Part shown: positions 26,718-33,749 of the stretch, piece after piece
Position numbering within the stretch: the stretch's first letter is position 1
Layout: each line of letters opens with the position of its first letter
Source: Candidatus Woesearchaeota archaeon
Lineage (GTDB): Archaea > Nanobdellota > Nanobdellia > Pacearchaeales > GW2011-AR1
Assembly (NCBI GenBank): GCA_964365855.1
Contig: CAYIRC010000001.1
Location: 1-50,737, forward strand
Length of the DNA: 50,737 nucleotides
Direction of reading: 5' to 3'
Notes under the pieces: generated by a model
Told to the model about the DNA's origin: nothing
What the model saw: the letters and a program-made list of their open reading frames with translations, nothing else
Database searches by the model: none
Made by a program: the position numbers and the translations under genes

Positions 26718-28987
26718 AAATTTTTAGAGTTTTCAATAGCCCATTTTTTCCATTCAGGAAAAACTCTTTCACTCAAGGGGATTCCGATTTCTTCTCTGAT
26801 ATCACCGCTTATTCTATGAAAAGCAGTATTGCTAAGTGAGTTAAATCTTGCTTCCATTAGTTCAGGCTTATTAAGCTTTTTAGATAAGTCAACAATTTCC
26901 TGTTTTATTTTTCCCCTTAAAATAATATTGTCATAAACAGCATCCCAGTTTCCAGCCCATCCTTTGATACTCCCTGCAATATTCTTGATAATTTGGGACT
27001 CGCCATTAATAAGGTCATCTGTTGGTTCAAGCTCATCTTTTTCAACATTATATCTCAATAAATCAACAAATCCTCTTTCTTCAACAGGGTCTTTTGTCCA
27101 ATGCTTTCTTACTTCAGAAATCTGTACAACTCTTTTCATTGAATGTAATCCATCAGGAGTTTTAATAGGATTCGCGACAATTATCAGGTCAGTTGCTTTA
27201 AAGCTTGTAGCTTGAACATTAAGGTCATTTACAACTCTGTCAAATACTCCATAAGGCGAATCTCCATGAATTGTGCCAGCAACTACATTAGCTAACGCTC
27301 CAACTCTCATAGCTTCATAAAGCGCTTTTGCTTCAGTACTTCTGACCTCTCCAACAATTAAAGCAGAATCTCCAAGCCTTAGGCTTGCTCTTATGCCCTC
27401 TGATGCTTCGATTTCTGTTGTTCCGCTCACAAGTGCGCTTCTGACTCTCATTCTTAAAATATCATACCCTATCGCCCTTAAGGCATCAACTGGAAGTTCA
27501 AGAGTGTCTTCGATAACTATTGTTCTGAATTTTGGCATTATCTCAAGCATTAAGCTTCCTAAAAGAGAAGTTTTTCCAGAGCTTCTTGTTCCTGCAACTA
27601 ATAAAGTCCGGCTTCCATCAATCATAAAGCTGAATAATCCAGCAGTAAAAGAATTAAGCATCTTATTATTTATAAACAAAGGAAGAGTCCACGGATTGTC
27701 CCTGTGTCTTCTTAATGCATAAGCTAATCCTGAAGGAGAAAGAGGTTCTTTAATTGCAGCAACTCTTGCTCTAACACTGCCAAAGCTCAAATCAGTATCA
27801 AGAATAGGATTAGCCTCATCTAAAGGTCTGCCCGATTGTAATCTTAATTTTCCTGCCCAGGAATCTGCATCTTCATAGCTTGGAAGAATGTTAGTCACGC
27901 ATTCATCATATTTTTCATGTCTTATAAAAATAGGATTCTGTGCAATAGGGGCATTTAATACAATATCCTGAATTTTTGTGTCCATTAAAAGAACTTCTAT
28001 AAGTCCAAAGCCAATAGTATATCTAACAAGGACTCTTGCCAATTTATTCAGCTCTCGATAATTCAGGCTTATCCCTTTGCTCTTGGAAAGTTCATTAAGA
28101 AGGTCTCTGGCAACATTAAAAAAAACCTGGCGGGTTCTTTCGGGGTCAGTAAATTCCTCAGCTTTAGGCCTGTGTTCTGTCAAAACATTTCTTGCTAAGT
28201 TTAAGAGCATATGTTGCTCCTCACTTAAGCTGTATTCAATAGGATTTATATGGTAAAAATATTTAGGGTCATCCTTTCTTTTTAGTATAGTCACTGTAAC
28301 GCTTTCATTTTCATTTTTTATTTCATACTGGTCAACAAGTTCAGAATTCTCAGGGAATTGCGAAACCAATCTTGTAAATGTAAAATTAGGTAAAATATCC
28401 GGTCTGAATATATTCCTATATATTTCTCTGCTTCCTCTCGAATAATCAATCAGTTTTGGAAAAATTGCTTTTATAAATTTAGTATTTTCAAGTATTGAAA
28501 AAAATCGTTCAAGTAACCTTAAGTAATTTGTTGCAGCAGGTTTATTTATCACCTGGCCGCTGTCAATCTGCTCTTTTAATGCTCTAATTCGTTTATTAAG
28601 CTCAGAATAACAAAGTACTGGGTCTTGCTTTAATAATTCTAAAAGATAAACTAGTTCAGAATGTAACTCTGCAACATTTCCAAATAAGCTTAGTTTTTCA
28701 GGAGATAAAATCGCTTCTTGTTTTGTAAGAAAAATATAGAGATAAGCAATTTCAGTAAGCAAAAAAACCTGGTCAGAAGGATAGTTAAAATTTCGCTGTT
28801 GTACAAAAACAAGTCTTGAAATTCCAGGATTGTCAATAAGAGCATCAATTGTCCGTGCCATCACAAATCCGTCATCTGCTATAGACGGAACAAAAGAGGC
28901 TCCCAAATAGTTCACATAAAGAATATTTTCACCCTCTCGTCGTTCAATCTCATTTGAATAAAGTTTTGAACCTGTTTTAAACATCAT
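26714..28987 (-). CDS. type IV pilus/secretion ATPase (PilB/FlaI/TadA, GspE-VirB11 superfamily)
   Basis: Walker A GTRSSGKTS, Walker B TIVIEDTLEL, Asp box GEVRSTEA, His box AGTIHGDSP. Long archaeal-type N-terminal domain. ATG at 28987 (track start TTG 28993). Its stop overlaps the stop of 24576..26717 (TTAA). Confidence 0.85.
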   Translation of the reverse strand: MMFKTGSKLYSNEIERREGENILYVNYLGASFVPSIADDGFVMARTIDALIDNPGISRLVFVQQRNFNYPSDQVFLLTEIAYLYIFLTKQEAILSPEKLSLFGNVAELHSELVYLLELLKQDPVLCYSELNKRIRALKEQIDSGQVINKPAATNYLRLLERFFSILENTKFIKAIFPKLIDYSRGSREIYRNIFRPDILPNFTFTRLVSQFPENSELVDQYEIKNENESVTVTILKRKDDPKYFYHINPIEYSLSEEQHMLLNLARNVLTEHRPKAEEFTDPERTRQVFFNVARDLLNELSKSKGISLNYRELNKLARVLVRYTIGFGLIEVLLMDTKIQDIVLNAPIAQNPIFIRHEKYDECVTNILPSYEDADSWAGKLRLQSGRPLDEANPILDTDLSFGSVRARVAAIKEPLSPSGLAYALRRHRDNPWTLPLFINNKMLNSFTAGLFSFMIDGSRTLLVAGTRSSGKTSLLGSLMLEIMPKFRTIVIEDTLELPVDALRAIGYDILRMRVRSALVSGTTEIEASEGIRASLRLGDSALIVGEVRSTEAKALYEAMRVGALANVVAGTIHGDSPYGVFDRVVNDLNVQATSFKATDLIIVANPIKTPDGLHSMKRVVQISEVRKHWTKDPVEERGFVDLLRYNVEKDELEPTDDLINGESQIIKNIAGSIKGWAGNWDAVYDNIILRGKIKQEIVDLSKKLNKPELMEARFNSLSNTAFHRISGDIREEIGIPLSERVFPEWKKWAIENSKNF

Positions 28988-29083
28988 TTTCAACCTAACT
29001 TACAACGAGTCTAATTAAATAAATTTCTGTTTTACAAGCAACACATCCAAACTATTTTAAACCCCAAAAGATTAATAAAATCC

Positions 29084-29383
29084 ATGGAAGAGGTATATTC
29101 AGGACAGTCGCAATTTTCAGATATAAGTATGAAGCTTAGGGACATTGAAGAAAAGCAAAGGCTTCTAAAAGAAAGAACTTTGCTTATAGGCCAGACATTT
29201 ATCGCTGACAGAGATAAAAATTTCGAAGAAATCCAGGAAATTAAAAAATCAATGATAAAATTAAAAGAAGAAACCGGCAGAATTAAAGAAATACTGCAAA
29301 GAGTGACAGAGCAACTTGGAAATGTTGCAAGAAAAGAAGAATTAATAATACTGCAGAGACAACTCGATTTAATTCGAAAATAA
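29084..29383 (+). CDS. coiled-coil protein, 99 aa
   Basis: Heptad-rich K/E/L sequence. Divergent from the ATPase gene. Antisense track ORF 29032..29463 is judged spurious. Confidence 0.6.
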   Translation: MEEVYSGQSQFSDISMKLRDIEEKQRLLKERTLLIGQTFIADRDKNFEEIQEIKKSMIKLKEETGRIKEILQRVTEQLGNVARKEELIILQRQLDLIRK

Positions 29384-29397
29384 CTGCCATACGCAAC

Positions 29398-30042
29398 ATG
29401 AGTACAATAGACGAAATAACAAAGATGCAGCAAGAAGGAAGGTCCGAACCTGAAATTGCACAAATTCTTAGAGAAAGAGGAATTTCTCCAAATGAGATTA
29501 TAAACGCATTGTCACAAACAAAAATAAAAGAGGCAGTTTATGGTGAAGAGTCTAGCCAAAACTCGATGGACGAAGAAGCCCAGTCAGCAGAAGGTATAAC
29601 TGGTATGCAGCCATCATTATTGCAGACAGTGCCTCAAGAGGATTATGCTCAGGGGCAGCAAACTTATCAGCTACCCTATCCAGAAGGCCAGCAAAATTAT
29701 CAAAATTATGAACAGCAAGAACCTTCATATTCAGGATACTATCAGCAAGGCTTAAGCTCAGACACAATAACCGAAATTTCAGAACAGGTAGTAGCTGAAA
29801 AAATGTCTCAAATAAAAAATCAATTAGAAAAAGCTCTAGATCTTAAAGCTTCAGTTGAATCAAAAATCGAATACATCGATGAAAGGTTGAAGAGAATCGA
29901 AAAAATAATTGATAGGTTGCAATTGTCAGTATTGCAAAAAGTAGGAGAATATGTAACAGACGTTAGTGACCTTAAAAAAGAGTTTATCGAAACTCAAAAA
30001 TCCTTTAAAACACTTGCTCATCATAAGCATCAAAGTTCTTAA
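29398..30042 (+). CDS. protein with small N-terminal helical (UBA-like) domain, Q/Y-rich low-complexity linker and C-terminal coiled coil
   Basis: IDEITKMQQEGRSEPEIAQILRERGISPNEIINALSQ, then QGQQTYQLPYPEGQQNYQNYEQQEPSYSGYYQQG, then a coiled coil. Family not recognised. Confidence 0.6.
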   Translation: MSTIDEITKMQQEGRSEPEIAQILRERGISPNEIINALSQTKIKEAVYGEESSQNSMDEEAQSAEGITGMQPSLLQTVPQEDYAQGQQTYQLPYPEGQQNYQNYEQQEPSYSGYYQQGLSSDTITEISEQVVAEKMSQIKNQLEKALDLKASVESKIEYIDERLKRIEKIIDRLQLSVLQKVGEYVTDVSDLKKEFIETQKSFKTLAHHKHQSS

Positions 30043-30045
30043 TTC

Positions 30046-30118
30046 TATAGTCAAGGACATTAATATTTCTGCAGTTTGTCGTTGACTAGATAGGGAAAGA
30101 CTTATGTCTTTCACTATA
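30046..30118 (+). repeat. 73-nt structured intergenic repeat, copy 2
   Basis: Hand alignment to copy 1 gives about 61 of 73 identical positions with no gaps, and the last 25 nt are identical. Begins 3 nt after the stop of 29398..30042. Confidence 0.7.
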
Positions 30119-30198
30119 AGTACAAGTAAAAAAGAAAAACTAATAAAAAAGAGAAAAGCGGTGCAAAATAAGCTATTGATGACAAATCAACAGGCATT

Positions 30199-30711
30199 TT
30201 AAGTATGCGATGGTATTGTTGTGTTAGACTCTTTGCCAGTGCTTACAACAACAGCAATAATTAAGCCTGCAATCAAAACAGCGCCAATAATAAATCCTGC
30301 ATTACTCTCAAAAAATCCGTATCCAGTCCATCCAAATCTTTCAAAAGACTGCACAACAATTACTATGCCAATAACCGCTCCAAGCGCTCCAAGCCCCCAC
30401 TTCCAGTATTTATCATCTTCCTTTCTAATAAATAATCCAACTAAAATAACAAAAGCAAGAATAATAGAAATTCCAACACCTAACCTTGAAAAAATCTGCG
30501 TGAAAAAATCAGAAAGAAAAAAATTCCATCGTATAGAAATTGCAGCAATAACAAATGCAATTATAACATGCACCCCTTTGTTCTTCCCAAAAATTTTTGT
30601 TTCTGATAAGATTCCAAAAACAACTGCAAAAATTAAAAGAAATGGCAGCAATAAATAAAAAAATCCAACAGATTCTAGTTGATAGACTATGCTTTGAATA
30701 TTAAACACCAT
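30199..30711 (-). CDS. polytopic membrane protein, paralogue of 31971..32477
   Basis: Shared block LLPFLLIFAVVFGILSETKIFGKNK versus ILPFLLVFALVFAVLQRSKILGDGK. TTTAAATA lies 19 nt upstream of the ATG. Confidence 0.7.
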   Translation of the reverse strand: MVFNIQSIVYQLESVGFFYLLLPFLLIFAVVFGILSETKIFGKNKGVHVIIAFVIAAISIRWNFFLSDFFTQIFSRLGVGISIILAFVILVGLFIRKEDDKYWKWGLGALGAVIGIVIVVQSFERFGWTGYGFFESNAGFIIGAVLIAGLIIAVVVSTGKESNTTIPSHT

Positions 30712-30729
30712 AGCTTAAATATCACTATT

Positions 30730-31809
30730 CTATTTAAATATGTTTCGCATCTTATTTACATCTTTTCCTATAGCTTCACTTATATTTTCATATCCATCTC
30801 GTTTTAATAATTTAGTTAAGCCATAATTTATCTCTCCAATTATATTTGGACCTTCAAAAATCATTCCAGTTATCAATTGTACAAGGCTTGCGCCAAGCCT
30901 TATTTTTTTGTAGGCATCTTCAGCAGAAAAAATTCCCCCCGCCCCAATTATAATAAATTCCCCTCCTGTCTTTTTGTAAATATAACTAATGAGTTCGTTA
31001 GCTTTCTTCTCAACAGCTTTTCCAGACAAGCCTCCTTTCCCATATTTATTTTTTCTCTTCGTCAAATTAGAGCAGATAAATCCTGCAATCGCATATTTTT
31101 CAGAAATCTCAATAATCCTGTCAATTGTTTTTTTATCTAAATCAGGAGATAATTTTACAAATACTGGTTTTTTTATTTTTAGCTTGCCAATTTCAGACAA
31201 AAGTTGTTCGTATAATTCAGATTTGGCAAAATCCTGCCCTCCAAATGAATTTGGACAGCTTATATTTATGTCAATATAATCTCCTATTCCTGCAAATTTT
31301 TTTATTGAAGCTATATAGTCTTTTATTCCCTTTTCTGCTTCTGCGCACTTTTTGCAGTTAGTTTTTGCAATATTAATTCCGATAGGAATCTTGAACTTTT
31401 TATCTTTTAATTTATTATAAATAGCATCTGCTCCCTTATTGCTTAGTCCATAATTAACCCAGATGCTTTTTTCTTTAACAAATCTGTCAAGTCTCTTTCC
31501 AGCGTTTCCCCCATAGGGTTTTGCAGTAATACTTCCAACCTCTGTAAAGCCAAAACCCACGTCTTCAATTACGCTGATTATTTCTGCATTTTTATCAAAA
31601 CCAGCAGATAATCCTACAGGATTTCTAAAATGAATTCCCAAAATATCCTGTTCTAAGTGCCTATTCTGATAATTAAACAAAAACGAAATTATTTTTTTAG
31701 TTATAAAATTCGAGCCAAAAATTCTCCCAATATCTATAAAAACATTGTGTACTCTCTCAGGGTCTATCAAAAAGAATATTCTTTTTGCAATATTCTTATA
31801 CAAAAACAT
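30730..31809 (-). CDS. pyrD: dihydroorotate dehydrogenase (class-2-like architecture)
   Basis: From the ATG at 31809: MFLYKNIAKRIFFLIDPERVH (compare E. coli PyrD N-terminus), FRNPVGLSAGFDKN, INISCPNS, GAGGIFSAEDAYKKIRLGASLVQ. The 42-codon track extension to 31935 runs through intergenic repeats and a TATA box and is rejected. Confidence 0.85.
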   Translation of the reverse strand: MFLYKNIAKRIFFLIDPERVHNVFIDIGRIFGSNFITKKIISFLFNYQNRHLEQDILGIHFRNPVGLSAGFDKNAEIISVIEDVGFGFTEVGSITAKPYGGNAGKRLDRFVKEKSIWVNYGLSNKGADAIYNKLKDKKFKIPIGINIAKTNCKKCAEAEKGIKDYIASIKKFAGIGDYIDINISCPNSFGGQDFAKSELYEQLLSEIGKLKIKKPVFVKLSPDLDKKTIDRIIEISEKYAIAGFICSNLTKRKNKYGKGGLSGKAVEKKANELISYIYKKTGGEFIIIGAGGIFSAEDAYKKIRLGASLVQLITGMIFEGPNIIGEINYGLTKLLKRDGYENISEAIGKDVNKMRNIFK

Positions 31810-31825
31810 TCCAGCTTTATTCTTT

Positions 31826-31864
31826 AAATCAAAAAGCCCTTGAGTTTGTTTGTGGACTCTGGGA
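31826..31864. repeat. copy of hairpin element H1 (35 of 39 nt identical to 17901..17939), stem partly degraded
   Basis: aaatcaaaaagcccttgagtttgtttgtggactctggga versus aaatcacaaagtccttgagtttgttcgtggactttggga. Confidence 0.65.
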
Positions 31865-31902
31865 TGCTCAAGATGCGACCACATCTTAAAAGATGGGTTT
31901 TC

Positions 31903-31917
31903 GTCAAGCATCTTAAC
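31903..31917. promoter_or_regulatory. third copy of the palindrome (GTCAAGCATCTTAAC), in the pyrD upstream region
   Basis: Together with its flanks it matches the 16005..16025 copy closely (TCGTCAAGCATCTT[G/A]ACATAA). Here it lies downstream of a TTTAAATA box relative to pyrD. Confidence 0.45.
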
Positions 31918-31970
31918 ATAAGTCAGTTTAGGCATATTTAAAAAAATAAAATATGATTTAAATACATTTA

Positions 31971-32477
31971 CTATTTTTTCTCTTCTTTATTATTGCCCTT
32001 TCCAAATCCGCCTACAATTGCAATCGCACCGACAACTAATCCGATAGAAACTATGCTTGTTAGTAAAGTCAAGCTGCTATCTTTAAATAAATCTGCTAGG
32101 TAATCTACTCCTCCAGTAACATAAAGAACAGCAATTATCACTGCAATTCCAAAAACAATTCCTAAAGCTACTTTTAATCCTATGGGTATTTTAAACTCTT
32201 CAGAAGGGAATACTGCGCCAAGTAAAATTAAGAATATCATAATTATCACTAAACTCACCGCGAGAAATGGCACAAGCTGAATTACAATTCCTACCGCCTT
32301 ACTGAATGCAACAAAAATAAGCCCAATAACTATTGATACAATTATATCTATTTGCTTCTTTCCGTCACCTAATATTTTTGACCTTTGCAAAACAGCAAAA
32401 ACAAGCGCAAAAACAAGCAAAAAAGGCAGTATAAACTCGCTGAAAAACGGGGTAGTTAAAAAAGTATTTACTGGCAT
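31971..32477 (-). CDS. polytopic membrane protein, paralogue of 30199..30711
   Basis: ATG at 32477 (track start TTG 32489). TTTAAATA (32499..32506, minus strand) lies 21 nt upstream. Confidence 0.7.
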   Translation of the reverse strand: MPVNTFLTTPFFSEFILPFLLVFALVFAVLQRSKILGDGKKQIDIIVSIVIGLIFVAFSKAVGIVIQLVPFLAVSLVIIMIFLILLGAVFPSEEFKIPIGLKVALGIVFGIAVIIAVLYVTGGVDYLADLFKDSSLTLLTSIVSIGLVVGAIAIVGGFGKGNNKEEKK

Positions 32478-32498
32478 AATTAAAATCAAACTTTTTAA

Positions 32499-32531
32499 TA
32501 TTTAAATCTTGTTAATGTCAAGGAACTTGAC
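32499..32531 (-). promoter_or_regulatory. palindrome GTCAAG-N3-CTTGAC, then 10 nt, then TTTAAATA, 21 nt before the ATG at 32477
   Basis: Read directly on the minus strand: palindrome 32517..32531, TATA 32499..32506. Confidence 0.6.
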
Positions 32532-32535
32532 AAAA

Positions 32536-32570
32536 AGTTCCTTGAGCACAAGAAAATCAGGTATTTTCTG
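32536..32570. repeat. 35-bp inverted-repeat arm (left)
   Basis: agttccttgagcacaagaaaatcaggtattttctg. Its reverse complement matches 32988..33022 at 34 of 35 positions. Confidence 0.8.
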
Positions 32571-32577
32571 TGCATCC

Positions 32578-32608
32578 AAAAAACTCACAAACTCATCAGA
32601 GTTTTTTT
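32578..32608 (-). terminator. hairpin plus T-run immediately downstream of the PRC-barrel gene
   Basis: aaaaaactc (32578..32586) pairs with gagtttttt (32599..32607). On the minus strand the stem ends in an oligo-U run. The gene's stop is at 32612..32614. Confidence 0.5.
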
Positions 32609-32611
32609 GAT

Positions 32612-32914
32612 TTATATCAATTCTTCAGAATTGTCTAAAGTCACTTCAGAAGGTTCTGCAGCCTCTTCCCTGAGACTAGGTAAAGATGCTTTGTTTATTA
32701 CAAATACATCACCAATTGCTTTGACAAACTGGTGGGGAATTATAACCCCTCTTGCGCCCCCAAGCAAATTAGCCATGCCCGAGCCAATTCTTATCTTCCA
32801 TCCATCAATTTTATTGTCTACAAGATTGACTTCTTCTATTTGTCCGAAAAAATCTCCTTCAGAAGTATAGACAGTCTTCCCCAGTATTTCACTTATCTTT
32901 TTTACTCTTAGCAT
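32612..32914 (-). CDS. PRC-barrel domain protein
   Basis: ILGKTVYTSEGDFFGQIEEVNLVDNKIDGWKI...GVIIPHQFVKAIGDVFVI is a typical PRC-barrel pattern. Own TATAAAAA lies 22 nt upstream. Hairpin plus T-run lies just downstream. Confidence 0.7.
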   Translation of the reverse strand: MLRVKKISEILGKTVYTSEGDFFGQIEEVNLVDNKIDGWKIRIGSGMANLLGGARGVIIPHQFVKAIGDVFVINKASLPSLREEAAEPSEVTLDNSEELI

Positions 32915-32987
32915 GAAAAATTCTTATTCATATCCCTTTTTATACTTTATGTTTTTGTAAAGCATATATCCTGAATAATTATTTGAA

Positions 32988-33022
32988 CAGAAAATCCCTG
33001 ATTTTCTTGTGCTCAAGGAACT
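32988..33022. repeat. 35-bp inverted-repeat arm (right)
   Basis: cagaaaatccctgattttcttgtgctcaaggaact. Ends 20 nt upstream of the TATA box (33043..33050) of the 33072 gene. Confidence 0.8.
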
Positions 33023-33071
33023 ACCACACCATAAACATAATATTTATATAAACTCTTCTTTTAAAAAATTT

Positions 33072-33719
33072 ATGAAGTTATCAGAATTGACAAATATCTT
33101 TGCAGCAGTTTTAATTCTGACAATTGTTATAGGATTTTCAGAAATTATCAAATCTCAATGGTCAGAATTTGCAAAAGCCTTTCTATTTGCAGTTGTCATT
33201 ATAACTGTTGCAGTTTCTGCAAAGAAATTAATGGCTTATTTATTAGATTCTGATGTAGAGCATAGAATTTGGAGTGCCTCGCGATACTGGTTTAGGCCAC
33301 AGCAGCACCTCAGCAAGGAAGTTCCGCTTGGAATTGTATTCCCCCTTTTTATTTCCCTATTTACTTTAGGCGTAGGTAAAGTTATGACTTTATTAACTTA
33401 TGAAACTAAAGCTTTGAAAGTGCGCGCAGCAAAAAGATTTGGCTACTATAGCTTCACAGAAATGACAGAATTTCATAACGGACTAATTGGTGCTGCTGGA
33501 ATTGTAGGAGTTCTTCTGGTTTCGTTCGTAAGTTATTTTCCCGGATTAGAGTTATTATCAAAAATGGCAGCATATTATGCTTTCTTTAATATGATTCCTA
33601 TAGCAAATCTGGACGGAGCTCAAATATTTTTCGGTTCAAGAGTTTTATACGTTGCTGTAGGGGTTGTTACTCTTATATTCGCAGGTTATGCAACAATAAT
33701 CACTTTGGGTCTTATTTAA
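33072..33719 (+). CDS. M50 (site-2 protease)-like membrane protein lacking the HExxH motif
   Basis: C-terminal NMIPIANLDGAQIFFGS matches the M50 NxxPxxxLDG motif, and GLIGAAGIVG is as in M50. Where HExxH is expected the sequence reads VAVSAKKLMAYLL. ATG at 33072 (track GTG start 33009 lies inside an intergenic repeat). TTTATATA lies 21 nt upstream. Confidence 0.55.
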   Translation: MKLSELTNIFAAVLILTIVIGFSEIIKSQWSEFAKAFLFAVVIITVAVSAKKLMAYLLDSDVEHRIWSASRYWFRPQQHLSKEVPLGIVFPLFISLFTLGVGKVMTLLTYETKALKVRAAKRFGYYSFTEMTEFHNGLIGAAGIVGVLLVSFVSYFPGLELLSKMAAYYAFFNMIPIANLDGAQIFFGSRVLYVAVGVVTLIFAGYATIITLGLI

Positions 33720-33749
33720 ATATAAATACCTAAAAAGATTTCTTGTTAT

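Noticed and set aside
31810-31935. A 42-codon N-terminal extension of pyrD, as given by the ORF track.
   Set aside because: The extension runs through intergenic repeats and the palindrome, and it starts inside a TATA-like box. Homology to PyrD begins exactly at the ATG at 31809.
32560-32600. Possible C/D-box sRNA on the minus strand (TGATGA at about 32592..32597 and CTGA at about 32556..32559).
   Set aside because: The boxes are only 32 nt apart. There are no C'/D' boxes and no terminal stem. The TGATGA lies in the loop of the terminator-like hairpin of the PRC-barrel gene.
32536-33022. An invertible promoter switch (inverton), or a MITE carrying the PRC-barrel gene.
   Set aside because: No recombinase or transposase gene lies nearby. 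No target-site duplication is seen next to the arms. Inversion would not change promoter-gene connectivity, because the cassette carries its own TATA box and terminator. It is kept as a minority alternative in the finding.
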